Assembly (NCBI GenBank): GCA_963725665.1
Contig: CAVRZA010000001.1
Span: 256,001-320,000, forward strand
Direction: 5' to 3'
DNA: 64,000 nt
DNA from: an uncultured Actinomycetes bacterium
GTDB taxonomy: Bacteria > Actinomycetota > Thermoleophilia > UBA2241
A program made the translations under genes and the position numbers. The stretch's first letter is position 1, and each line of letters opens with the position of its first letter. The notes beneath the pieces were generated by a model, which worked only from the letters and a program-made list of their open reading frames with translations, ran no database searches and was not told where the DNA came from. Of the stretch, positions 37,873 to 48,057 are shown piece after piece.

Positions 37873-39683
37873 AGTACGGGGGCTACATGGGCAAGTTCCT
37901 TACGGTCGACCTTACGAGCGGCGCCCACGGCGAGCTCCCGGTCGACGAAGAGCTGGCCGAGAAGTACCTCGGCGGCCGTGGCTTCATCGCCAAGCTTCTC
38001 TACAGCCGTCTGCCGCGTCACATCGACCCATTGGCTCCCGAGAACGAGATCATCTTCGCGACGGGGCCGGCCACGGGGACGATGATCCCGACGGCGAGCC
38101 GCATCGCAGTCGGGGTCAAGAGCCCGCTCACAGGGACGATCTCGGCGAGCTACATGGGTGGCCACTTCGGCCCGGAGCTCAAGTACGCTGGCTGGGACGG
38201 GATCATCGTCACCGGGGTCTCGGCCGAGCCGGTCTACCTGGTCGTCGATGGGTCCAAGGTCGAGCTGCGTGACGCCGCCCACCTGTGGGGAAAGGACACC
38301 GAAGAGACGCAGGCCATCCTGCGGCGCGATCTGGGGGACGACTTTCGCACCGGGGCCATCGGGCAGGCCGGCGAGAACCAGGTCCTCTATGCCAACTTCC
38401 TCCACCTGCAGCACGCCGCCGGCAGAGGTGGTCCGGGCGCCGTGTTTGGCGCCAAGCGTCTGAAGGCGGTCGCCGTGCGCGGCCGCGGCGGGGTCTCGGT
38501 GGCCTCGCCGGCCGCCGAGTACATACCGGCCTGCAAAGAGCTCCACGACATCATCATGGAGAACCCGGTCAGGCCGGCGTTCCGCTGGGCGGGTACGACC
38601 GGCATGCTGCCCTTTGTCAATGAGGCCGTCGGTCTGCCTTACAGGAACCACCAGGACGACAAAGCTCCCGACGTGAGCGCGATCCACAACGAGGAGATCG
38701 CGAAGTTCGTGCAGCGCTACGAGTCCTGCAGCGGCTGCAACGTGATCTGCGGATCCGTGGTCGAGTTCGAACGTCAGGGTCGTGCCTACCGCACGGAGCG
38801 CATCGAGCACGAATCCGTGTGGGCCCTCGGCCCCAACTGCGGCGTTGTCGATCTGCCGGCGATTATGGAGGCCGCCCTCGTCTGCGACCGCCTCGGCATC
38901 GACACGATGACTGCCGGAGGCGCGATCTCCTGGGCCATGGAGATGACTCAGCGCGGCGAGCTTACGAAGGAAGACACAGGCGGTCTCGAGTTCAGCTTTG
39001 GCAACGCCGACGTGCTCCGTGAGGCGATCCTCAAGATTGGCGCGCGTGACGGCTTCGGCGATCTTCTGGCGCTGGGGTCACGCGGAGCAGCGCGGGCGTT
39101 CGGCAGGGGCGAGGAGTACGCCATGCAGGTGAAGGGCCTCGAGCTGTCGGCATACGCGCCACGCGCATTCACGGGGATGGGCCTCAGCTTTGCTACGACA
39201 GGACGCGGCGCGGATCACAACAAGGCCTTCACGGTCGCGGCCGAGTTTCTGGGCGTCTTGGGTGACTACGACCGCTATTCGCTCGAGGGCAAGCCTGCAC
39301 TGGTCAAGAGCATGCAGGACAGCACGGCGATCATCGATTCTCTGATCATGTGCATGTTCACGGTCGATCTCGGCATCAGCGTCGAGCTGTACGCCCGTTG
39401 CGCGAGTCTGCCGACGGGCATGAACATCACCGCCGAGGACGTGTACACGATCGGCGAACGGATCAACGCGGTGGAGCGCTTGTTCAACATCGAAGAGGGG
39501 TTCTCCAGGGCGGACGACGTGTTGCCGTCACGTTTCGCCGACGAAGCTGCTCCTTCCGACCCTGGTGCCCACACCCTCGATGTCACCGCAGTCATGGACG
39601 AGTACTACGAGGAACGCGGCTGGGATCGCGATGGCGTACCGACTCCCGCCCTTCTCTCGAAGCTTGGCATCCAGTCTCACTGA
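37869..39683 (+). CDS. aor: Tungsten aldehyde:ferredoxin oxidoreductase (AOR family), copy 1
   Basis: YLGGRG, KSPLTG, ELKYAGWD, AAGRGGPGAVFGAKRLKA, CSGCNVIC, EHESVWALG, CDRLGIDTM, RGADH, DSLIMC, YYEERGWD. Confidence 0.92.
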   Translation: MKYGGYMGKFLTVDLTSGAHGELPVDEELAEKYLGGRGFIAKLLYSRLPRHIDPLAPENEIIFATGPATGTMIPTASRIAVGVKSPLTGTISASYMGGHFGPELKYAGWDGIIVTGVSAEPVYLVVDGSKVELRDAAHLWGKDTEETQAILRRDLGDDFRTGAIGQAGENQVLYANFLHLQHAAGRGGPGAVFGAKRLKAVAVRGRGGVSVASPAAEYIPACKELHDIIMENPVRPAFRWAGTTGMLPFVNEAVGLPYRNHQDDKAPDVSAIHNEEIAKFVQRYESCSGCNVICGSVVEFERQGRAYRTERIEHESVWALGPNCGVVDLPAIMEAALVCDRLGIDTMTAGGAISWAMEMTQRGELTKEDTGGLEFSFGNADVLREAILKIGARDGFGDLLALGSRGAARAFGRGEEYAMQVKGLELSAYAPRAFTGMGLSFATTGRGADHNKAFTVAAEFLGVLGDYDRYSLEGKPALVKSMQDSTAIIDSLIMCMFTVDLGISVELYARCASLPTGMNITAEDVYTIGERINAVERLFNIEEGFSRADDVLPSRFADEAAPSDPGAHTLDVTAVMDEYYEERGWDRDGVPTPALLSKLGIQSH

Positions 39684-39695
39684 GAGGAGTGTGCG

Positions 39696-40785
39696 ATGCG
39701 CGCGGTTCGTCTGGTAGGAGCGAAGCAGCTTGTTGTGGACGACATTGACGACCCCGTCATCGTCGACCCCCACAACGCCATCATTGATGTCACGGCGACC
39801 GCGATCTGCGGTGCGGACCTGCTGCCCTACTGGGGGTACGTGCCTGGCTTTGAGTGGGGCACGACCATGGGACACGAGTTCGTCGGCATCGTGCGGGAGG
39901 TCGGACCCGCGGTCGCTCAGATCAAGGTCGGGGATCGCGTCGTCTGTTCCTCGATGACCTCGTGCGGCACGTGCTGGTACTGCCGTCGACAAGCCCAGCC
40001 CCAATGCGAGCACAGAGCTCTCTTCGGCTTCTCGGGGGCGTATCCGCGACTGGACGGCGGACAGGCCGAGCGCGTCCTCATCCCCAACGCCGATCGCGAC
40101 CTGTGGCGACTGCCGGACGACGTGTCGGATGATGCCGCCGTCTTCGTCGCGGACATTCTCTCGACGGCCTACCGGGGCGTCCAGCGGGCGGATCTTCAGC
40201 GTCGGCGACACGGTGGCGGTCGTCGGCTGCGGTCCTGTCGGGCTGATGGCGATCCTCGTCGCGCGCCTCACCGCCGGCAAGGTGCTCGCCGTCGACACGG
40301 TCGCCACACGTCTCGAGGTGGCTGCCGATCTGGGTGCCGTTCCGGTGGAAGCCAGCGAGGACGCGGTGGAGGCTGTCATGGCGGAGAGCGGTGGTCGCGG
40401 CGCTGATGCGGTGATCGAGTGCGCAGGCGGAGCGCCCGCACTGACCTCCGCCTTGAAGATGGCCCGTCCGAGAGGCACCGTGAGCGTTATCGGTGCCCAT
40501 TTCGAGCCCGACTTCTGCCTCGACGTCGGGGCGATGTTCGCCAACGAGACCACCCTTCGAGTGTCGGTGGGAGCCCCGACGGACGACCGCGAGAATGTCC
40601 TCGGCCTCATAAGCAGCGGCAGGATCGACCCGACCGTTGCGATCTCACACCGCATGCCCCTGGACGACGCGGCCGAGGCATACCAGCTCTTCGAGGCGCG
40701 ACTCGCCACCAAGGTCGTTCTGCTCACAGCGGCCGGCGAAGCCGCCAGGAGTTCACTGACGGCTTCGGCGGCGAGAGCCGAGTGA
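39696..40785 (+). CDS. Zn-dependent alcohol dehydrogenase (MDR), frameshift near 40192
   Basis: ICGADL, GHEFVG, CGTCWYC..C, DILSTAY, VGCGPVG. Confidence 0.88.
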
Positions 40786-41042
40786 CAAGACACGACTCAG
40801 CAGCAGTGCAGATCACAGCCATCCTCTTCGGCACATACGCGGATCTCTTGCCGTCCTCGCGGCAGGGACGGACGATCGTCGACGTGCCTGCAGGCAGCAC
40901 AGTGGAGGACGTTCTTGACGCGCTCACCGTTCCCGCCGGCGCGCGGAGTTTCCTGACGCTGAACGGCGAGCGTGTCACTCCAGAGGACCCAGTACACGAT
41001 GGCGCGGAGCTGCGGGTGATCGTGCCTCTAGGGGGTGGGTGA
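40782..41042 (+). CDS. MoaD/ThiS-family sulfur carrier
   Basis: Ubiquitin-like size and pattern, ends VIVPLGGG. Confidence 0.85.
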   Translation: MTRHDSAAVQITAILFGTYADLLPSSRQGRTIVDVPAGSTVEDVLDALTVPAGARSFLTLNGERVTPEDPVHDGAELRVIVPLGGG

Positions 41043-41052
41043 AGCGAACGTG

Positions 41053-42012
41053 ATGGGACCGCCCTCCACGACCAGAGCAGCCCCGAGACCGAGGAGCACA
41101 TCGCGCCGTCGGACCGGCAAGGGCGCGGCCGAGGGCGGCGCGGCGTTTTCCGCCGCGCCGCCCTCGGCCGCGGATACGGCCCCCGACGCCACAGCCGCGC
41201 GGCGCGCCAAGCGTTCTGGCCTGCCCCTCTACTACCAGGTGATGCGCGACCTCAAGGAGCAGATCGTCTCCGGCAAGCTCGGTCCCGGCGACCGTCTGCC
41301 CTCGGAGGCGCGTCTGACGAGCCGCTATCGCGTGAGCCGGGTCGTGATCCGGCAGGCGCTGCAGATCCTCGAGGATCAGGGTCTGATCGAGCGCGAGCGG
41401 GGCCGCGGGACGTTCGTCTCGCGGAGGGTCGTCGACGACGCCACCCCGCGCATCACGGGGAGCCTCGAGGACCTCATCCACATGAGCCCCGAGACGACTC
41501 TCCGGGTGGCGGAGTTCCGGCTTGTCAAGGCCACACCCGACCTTGCCGAGGTCTTCGGCACGGAGGTCGATTCCGAGCTCTTCTTCGTCAAGCGCGTGCG
41601 CCTCGTCGACGAGATGCCTTTTGCCGTCCTCACGAACTACATCCCGTTCGAGATCGGCGCCTGCATCTCGCTGAGCGATCTCACGCGGCAGCCGCTCATC
41701 ACCCTGATCGAGCAGCAGGCCGGCGTCGACATCGAGTGGGCCTCGCAGGTCTACGAGGCGGTGGCGGCCGACGGGGAGATGGCCGAGCTGCTCGAGCTGG
41801 ACCTGCTCACGCCACTGCTCAAGCTGACGCTCACGGTCTACGCGGCCGACGGCAGCGTGGTCGACCTCGCACACGTCTTCTACCGGTCGGACCGGTATCA
41901 CCATCACGGCTACCTGGCGAGAAACCGCAAGGGCGAGGCGCGGTTCTGGAACGCCTGGGAGAGTCCCAGCTCCGCGCCGCCGGAGAGTGAGGCGGCGACG
42001 CGGGTGCGCTAG
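41053..42012 (+). CDS. GntR-family regulator, HutC/UTRA subfamily
   Basis: PLYYQV..LPSEARL..YRVSRVVIRQALQIL..RGRGTFV; UTRA-like KRVRLVDEMPFAVLTNYIP..YRSDRY. Confidence 0.9.
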   Translation: MGPPSTTRAAPRPRSTSRRRTGKGAAEGGAAFSAAPPSAADTAPDATAARRAKRSGLPLYYQVMRDLKEQIVSGKLGPGDRLPSEARLTSRYRVSRVVIRQALQILEDQGLIERERGRGTFVSRRVVDDATPRITGSLEDLIHMSPETTLRVAEFRLVKATPDLAEVFGTEVDSELFFVKRVRLVDEMPFAVLTNYIPFEIGACISLSDLTRQPLITLIEQQAGVDIEWASQVYEAVAADGEMAELLELDLLTPLLKLTLTVYAADGSVVDLAHVFYRSDRYHHHGYLARNRKGEARFWNAWESPSSAPPESEAATRVR

Positions 42013-42099
42013 AGCGGTGACGCCGGTGCACGTCAACGACGGCAGGAACAGGGACGGGATCCGCGGGGATGCCGCGACCGTCCCGCGGAGGAGGGTCTA

Positions 42100-43251
42100 A
42101 TGACGCAGGTGAGCAGGATGTTCTACACGCCGACCCGGATCGTGCACGGTCTCGGGTGCGTCGCTGGCCTCGGCGGGCAGGTGCGGGCGGTCGGCGGGAC
42201 CCGGGCGTTCGTCTGCACGGATGCCGGGCTGACCGCGGCCGGCGTCACGACGACAGTGACGTCGCACCTCGAGAAGGCTGGCGTGCCGTTCGTCGTCTTC
42301 GACGACGTCCAGGAGGATCCCGGTGTCCAGACCGTGGCGGCCGGTGTCGAGCGCTTTCGCGACGGCGGCTGCGACGTCGTCGTCGCGCTCGGAGGCGGCA
42401 GCCCCATGTGCGCCGGCAAGGGCATCGCGCTGGTGGCCGCCAACGGCGGCGTGCTCACCGACTATGAAGGCTTCAACAAGGCCGCCGATCCCCCCTACCC
42501 GGTCATCGCCCTGCCGACCACGGCCGGCTCGGGGACCGAGGTCTCGAAGGTCACGATCCTCACCGACGAGGCGCGTGACTTCAAGATGTCGATCCTCGAC
42601 GAGCGCACCTTCCCGAGGGTGGCCATCCTCGACGCGACACTCATGGAGACGCTGCCAGCGTGGCCGGCCCTCGTCGCGGGGATGGACGCCCTCGCCCACG
42701 CCCTCGACGCCGTCTGGTCGGTGGGGGCGACCCACTTCTCGGACGACCTTGCCGTGACCTCGGCGGCGACGATCTTCGCGTCGCTGGCGCCGGCGGCGCT
42801 CACGGGCGACCTCGCGGCCAAGCAGCGCATGCTCGAAGCGAGCTCGGCGGCCAACATGGCCACGGGGACCTCGCTGCCGGGTCTCGCTCACGTTCTTTCG
42901 CAGCCGCTCGGCCGCTATCACATCGCTCACGGGCTGGGCACGGGCATCATGTTGCCCTACACGATGGAGTTCAACCTGCCCGTGGCGGCCGAGAAGATGG
43001 CGCCGATCGCGCGCCTGCTCGGCTGTGTGGGCAGCGACAGGGAGTGCGCCGAGGAGCTCCTCGATCGGCTGTGGGAGCTGATGGAGGAGGTGGGCTTCCC
43101 GGCCACTCTCGACCCGGAGATCGTGCGCGAGGACGACCTGCCGCTGCTCGTAGAGCAGTGCACACAGGTCGTCAACTACAGGCTCAACGTGAGAAGGGCC
43201 TCGCCGGCGGACCTGACCAAGCTGTATCGCCGTGCGCTTGGAGAGGAGTGA
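42100..43251 (+). CDS. Iron-containing alcohol dehydrogenase
   Basis: ALGGGS, LPTTAGSGTEVS, GMDALAHA, GLAHVLSQ, IAHG. Confidence 0.9.
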   Translation: MTQVSRMFYTPTRIVHGLGCVAGLGGQVRAVGGTRAFVCTDAGLTAAGVTTTVTSHLEKAGVPFVVFDDVQEDPGVQTVAAGVERFRDGGCDVVVALGGGSPMCAGKGIALVAANGGVLTDYEGFNKAADPPYPVIALPTTAGSGTEVSKVTILTDEARDFKMSILDERTFPRVAILDATLMETLPAWPALVAGMDALAHALDAVWSVGATHFSDDLAVTSAATIFASLAPAALTGDLAAKQRMLEASSAANMATGTSLPGLAHVLSQPLGRYHIAHGLGTGIMLPYTMEFNLPVAAEKMAPIARLLGCVGSDRECAEELLDRLWELMEEVGFPATLDPEIVREDDLPLLVEQCTQVVNYRLNVRRASPADLTKLYRRALGEE

Positions 43252-43254
43252 CGG

Positions 43255-45150
43255 ATGACCAGCGAGCAGAATGTCGGGGGCTTCTGGGGCAAGGTCCTCT
43301 TCGTCGATGTCGGCTCGGGTGAGACGCGGGAGGAACCTCTCGACACCCGAGGGGCCGTCGACTTCGTCGGCGGCCGCGGCCTGGGCGCCTACTACCTGTT
43401 CAAGCTGCTCGCGCCGGGCACCGATCCCCTGGCGCCCGAGAACCCCCTGATCTTCGCCCAAGGCCCGCTCTCGGGTACGGCCGCGCCCGGCTCCGCGCGC
43501 GCGGCCGTCGTGACGAAGTCGCCGCTCACCGGGCTCTATCTGTTCTGCATCACGGGGGGCAAGCTGGGCCCGGCGATGCGCCGCTGCGGCTACGACGTGA
43601 TCGTCCTCACGGGACGCGCGGAGGAGCCGGTCTACGTCGAGGTGGCCGGCGGCGCGGCGAAGATCCGCAGAGCCGCCCACCTCTGGGGCCTCGACACGCA
43701 GGCCACCCAGGAGTACATCCGCGACGAGCTGCCGACCGGCAAGCTGGCGATCACCTGCATCGGCCCTGGCGGTGAGCGGCAGGTGCCCTACGCGTGCCTC
43801 ATCAACGAGCGCCGCGCGCTCGGGCGCGGCGGCGCCGGCGCCGTCATGGGGGCCAAGAACGTCAAGGCGCTGGTCGTGCGCGAGGGGCCCGAGTCGGCGC
43901 CGGTCGCCGACCCCGACGCCTTCAAGCGAGCCGTGCGCAAAGTCGGGACTGAGCTGCGCGACAACCCGTTCACCTCGGGTCCGCTCAAGCTGCATGGGTC
44001 GGTGAGCACGGTGGCCGTGACGCTCAACACGGGCATCCTGCCGGCCGAGAACTGGCGTCGCTCGGCGACGCCGGCCGAGGCCGGCGGGCTCCTGGGCGAG
44101 ACGCTGCGCTCCGACTACCTCGTGAAGGACGCGCCCTGCGGCGACCCGTGCCCGGCGCGCTGCACCAAGGTCACCCTGGTGCGCGACGGCCCGCACGCCG
44201 GCGCCACCAGCGAAGGTCCGGAGTACGAGACGATCTACGCCCTGGGCACCTCCTGCGGCATCTACGACCTTGGCGCCGTCATCGCCGCCGACCAGCTCTG
44301 CGACCTGCTCGGCCTCGACACCATCTCGGTCGGGGTCACGATCTCGTTCGCCATGGAGTGCTACGAGCGGGGTTTGCTCGATGCGACCGACACGGGAGGC
44401 GTCGACCTGCACTTCGGCAACGCCGAGGCGATGCTGCAGCTCATCCGCGACGCGGCCTATCGGCGCGGCTTCGGGGCGCGCATAGCACGGGGCTCGCGCG
44501 CCTTGGCCGAGGAGATCGGTCAGGGGTCGGAGGCGTTCGCAATGCACTGCAAGGGGATGGAGGTCGGTGGTTACGACCCGCGCGGCGCCAAGGGGATGGC
44601 TCTTGTCTACGGCTGCGGCCCTCGCGGCGGTTGCCACCACGCCGGCGGTTACACCGTGACGGCCGAGTTGACCAACCCCGCGCTCGACCGCTTCGCCGAC
44701 TCGGGCAAGGCGCCGATCACACTGGCTACGCGCAACCGCAGGGCCGGCGCCGCCGACTCGGCCGGCACGTGCGCCTTCCTCTCTATCGGCATGCAGGACG
44801 ACACCCTGGCCGAGCTGGTCGCGGCGGCGACGGGCAGGCCCGTCGCCGCCGCCGACCTGTACCTCGCCGGTGAGCGGATCAACACGCTGGAACGCGTGCT
44901 CAACGTGCGCGAGGGGCTGCGCCCCGAGGGCGACGCCATCCCGCGGCGGCTGATCGACGAGGCCGTGCCCGAGGGCATGCTGGCGGGACAGACGGTGGAC
45001 TGGGAGCTGATGCGCTCGGAGTTCTACACGGCGAGCGGCCTCGACCCGGCCACCTCGCTGCCGACCCCGGAGACCCTGGCCCGCCTCGGCCTCGAGTGGG
45101 TGCGCGACGATCCGACGGTCGCGGCCCTGATGCCGGAGGCGAGGTCATGA
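43255..45150 (+). CDS. aor: Tungsten aldehyde:ferredoxin oxidoreductase (AOR family), copy 2
   Basis: VGGRGLG, KSPLTG, GRGGAGAVMGAKNVKA, CGDPCPARC, GPEYET, CDLLGLDTIS, YDPRG, RGGCH, DSAGTC. Confidence 0.9.
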   Translation: MTSEQNVGGFWGKVLFVDVGSGETREEPLDTRGAVDFVGGRGLGAYYLFKLLAPGTDPLAPENPLIFAQGPLSGTAAPGSARAAVVTKSPLTGLYLFCITGGKLGPAMRRCGYDVIVLTGRAEEPVYVEVAGGAAKIRRAAHLWGLDTQATQEYIRDELPTGKLAITCIGPGGERQVPYACLINERRALGRGGAGAVMGAKNVKALVVREGPESAPVADPDAFKRAVRKVGTELRDNPFTSGPLKLHGSVSTVAVTLNTGILPAENWRRSATPAEAGGLLGETLRSDYLVKDAPCGDPCPARCTKVTLVRDGPHAGATSEGPEYETIYALGTSCGIYDLGAVIAADQLCDLLGLDTISVGVTISFAMECYERGLLDATDTGGVDLHFGNAEAMLQLIRDAAYRRGFGARIARGSRALAEEIGQGSEAFAMHCKGMEVGGYDPRGAKGMALVYGCGPRGGCHHAGGYTVTAELTNPALDRFADSGKAPITLATRNRRAGAADSAGTCAFLSIGMQDDTLAELVAAATGRPVAAADLYLAGERINTLERVLNVREGLRPEGDAIPRRLIDEAVPEGMLAGQTVDWELMRSEFYTASGLDPATSLPTPETLARLGLEWVRDDPTVAALMPEARS

Positions 45151-46769
45151 CCGACTACGGCGACTTTCGCGAGTACATCACGGCCCTCGACGACGGCGGC
45201 CTCTTGCGCCGTGTGAAGTCCTCCATCTGCAAGGACACCGAGCTCATGCCACTGGTGCGCCTGCAGTTCCGCGGCCTGCCGGCCGAGGAGCGCACAGCGT
45301 TCCTCTTCGAGCAGGTGACCGACGCGACCGGCCGGCAGTACCCCGGGCCGGTCGCGGTGGGCGTCATGGGCGCCAACCGCGAGGTCTACGCCAAGGCCCT
45401 CGGCTGCGCGCCCGACGGCATAGTGCGAACGCTGGGCCGAGGTGCACGGCGGCGGCTACATCGAGCCTGTGCTCGTCGACGACGGTCCCGTGCTCGAGGA
45501 GGTCCACGTCGGAGACGATCTCCTCGAGCACGACGGCATCCTGGAGTTCCCCCACCCGATCTCGACACCCGGCTTCGACCCGGCGCCGTACTTCACCTCG
45601 CCCTTCTGGGTCACCAAGGACCCCGAGACCGGCGTGCGCAACGTGGGCACCTACCGGGTCATGGTCAAGGAGGCGGACAGCGGCCGGGATGATGGCCCAC
45701 CAGTCGCAGCACATCGGCATCCACCTGCAGAGCGCGCGCCAGCGGGGCGAGATGCTCGAGGCGGCCATCATCCTCGGCTGCGCGCCGGCGGTCGGACTGT
45801 GCAGCGTGGCCAAGATCCCCTACGGCGTCGACGAGTTCGCCGTGGCGGGGGCCATCGCCGGTCGACCCGATCGAGCTCGTGAAGTGCCGGACGGTCGATC
45901 TCGAGGTCCCGGCCAGCGCCGAGATCGTGGTCGAAGGATACGTCGACCCGACGTTTCGCGAGGCCGAGGCGCCATTCGGGGAGTACACCGGCTACATGGG
46001 GACGCAGGGTGGCCAACCCCGTCTTCATACGTCACCGGGATCACCCACCGCCGAAAGCCGGTCTACCAGGCCTTCCTCAGTCAGTTCCCGCCCTCGGAGA
46101 GCAGCCTCATCCGTAAGCTCGCCTACGACGCGGTCTACCTCAAGCACCTGCGTTCGGCCAATATCCCCGGCGTGCTCGACGTGCAGCTGCACGAGGCCAC
46201 GGGCAGCTACGGGCTCATGGTCATCCAGCTCAAGAAGGCGCACCCGTCGCAGCCGTGGCAGGCGCTGCACTCGGCGGCAGCGCTCGATCCGACCATCGGG
46301 AAGATGATCGTGGCCGTCGACGACGACATCGACCCCAACGATGCCGATGCGGTCAACTGGGCGATGGCCTATCCGCATGCGGCCTCATCTGGACGTGCAC
46401 ATCGTGACGGGCAAGGCCTCGATCCTCGACCCCTCGTCGGCGCCGCCCGAGGCGCACGTCGACGAGCAGCGCTTCCCGCCGCCGGTGGGCACGTCGTGCA
46501 TCCTCATCGACGCCACCCGCAAGTGGGACTACCCGCCCACCTCGCTGCCGCGCAAGGAGTTCATGGACAAGGCGTTGAGGCGGTGGGAGGAGGAGGGGCT
46601 GCCGCCGTTGTCGCTCAAGAAGCCGTGGTTCGGCTACGAGCTGGGCTACTGGACCGACGAGGCGCGCGAGGAGGCCAAGGCGGCGGTCGAAGGCGGCTAT
46701 CTCGAGCACCGGCGCTCGCCTGCGAACCACACGCGAGCCGGTGCCTTCGTCGGGGTTCGCGGACACTGA
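45147..46769 (+). CDS. UbiD-family (prFMN-dependent) decarboxylase, about five frameshifts
   Basis: [81 protein letters not shown]. Confidence 0.85.
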
Positions 46770-46805
46770 GAGCACAGAGCACTGAGACGAGAAGGGGAGA
46801 GTTAG

Positions 46806-48029
46806 ATGGCTGATCTGTCGGTCGATTTCGCGGGGCTCAAGCTCAAGAACCCGTTCATCATCGCCTCATCCGAACTGACGAACAAACTGGACAAGATCAA
46901 GATCGCCGAGGAGAACGGGGCTTCGGCCGTCAGCACCAAGCTCACCTTCCTCAAGGTGCCGCTGTACGCGCGGCCCTACCACATCATCGAGAAGGGCGGC
47001 GCCTTCTATTCGCCCTCCGGCGAGCGCATGCAGGTGGAGGACACCCAGGAGCTCATCCAGCAGTGCAAGGAGCAGACCGACCTCAAGATGATCGCCAACA
47101 TGATGGGGCCGGGCGAGGATCTCGAGGGCTGGGCGAAGCTGGGGCGCATGCTCGAGGATGCGGGAGCCGACATGCTCGAACTCAACATGTCGTGCCCGAA
47201 CCTGGGCCTCATGGCCAAGCAGATGGGCGTCGACGAGGAGCCGGAGCTGGGCGCCACGCTGGGTAAGGACCCGCTGCTCGCCGGCCAGGTCACGAAGGCG
47301 GTCGTCGACGCCGTCAACATCCCGGTGATGCCCAAGATGACCCCCGAGGCCAACACCATGATGGTGTCGCAGTCGGTCGAGAGGAACGGGGCGGCGGCCG
47401 TGTCGGCCATCAACTGTCCGCAGTCGCTGCCGCCACTCGACATCAACAACGGCGGCCGGCCGTTTTACCCATCCACGGGCAACCAGTCCTACGCAGGGCT
47501 GTGCGGCCCCTGGATCCGGCCGCTCGCCTATCGGCACGTGGCTCAGATGAGCACCGTCTGCCCCGACCTGCCCATCGCCGGTGGCGGAGGGCTCATGAAC
47601 TGGCGCCATTCGATCGAGATGCTCATGTACGGCGCCACCGTGCTCACCTACTGCTCGCTGCTCTACCTCAAGGGCTACAAGGAGTTCACAAAGATCGAGC
47701 CGGGCGTGCACAGGTTCATGGACCAGCACGGCTACGAGACGCTGGCCGACGTGCGCGGCCTGGCCCTCAAGTACATCGTCACGCCGGGCGAGGTCGACTA
47801 CATCCCGATGCTGCCCGAGATCGATCTGCAGAAGTGCAACGGCTGTGGTCTCTGCGCGGCCCCCGGACACTGCGAGTGCATCGAGATCGTCGATGGCAAA
47901 GCCGTCCTGGTGAACTCCACGGACTGCTACTCGTGCGCCGTCTGCTACTTCCTGTGCGCGCGTGACGCCATCCGCATGAAGGAGGCGCCGATCGAGAAGA
48001 CGCGGGCCGGCGTCGCGGCTCGGGACTGA
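46806..48029 (+). CDS. Dihydropyrimidine dehydrogenase PreA-like FMN enzyme with C-terminal 2x[4Fe-4S] domain
   Basis: DLSVDFAGLKLKNPFIIAS, ELNMSCPN (catalytic Cys), PVMPKMTP, GLCGPWIRPLA, AGGGG; CNGCGLC..C and CYSCAVCYFLC. Confidence 0.85.
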   Translation: MADLSVDFAGLKLKNPFIIASSELTNKLDKIKIAEENGASAVSTKLTFLKVPLYARPYHIIEKGGAFYSPSGERMQVEDTQELIQQCKEQTDLKMIANMMGPGEDLEGWAKLGRMLEDAGADMLELNMSCPNLGLMAKQMGVDEEPELGATLGKDPLLAGQVTKAVVDAVNIPVMPKMTPEANTMMVSQSVERNGAAAVSAINCPQSLPPLDINNGGRPFYPSTGNQSYAGLCGPWIRPLAYRHVAQMSTVCPDLPIAGGGGLMNWRHSIEMLMYGATVLTYCSLLYLKGYKEFTKIEPGVHRFMDQHGYETLADVRGLALKYIVTPGEVDYIPMLPEIDLQKCNGCGLCAAPGHCECIEIVDGKAVLVNSTDCYSCAVCYFLCARDAIRMKEAPIEKTRAGVAARD

Positions 48030-48057
48030 TGATCGGCTGGGGAGAGGGGCGGCGTCG

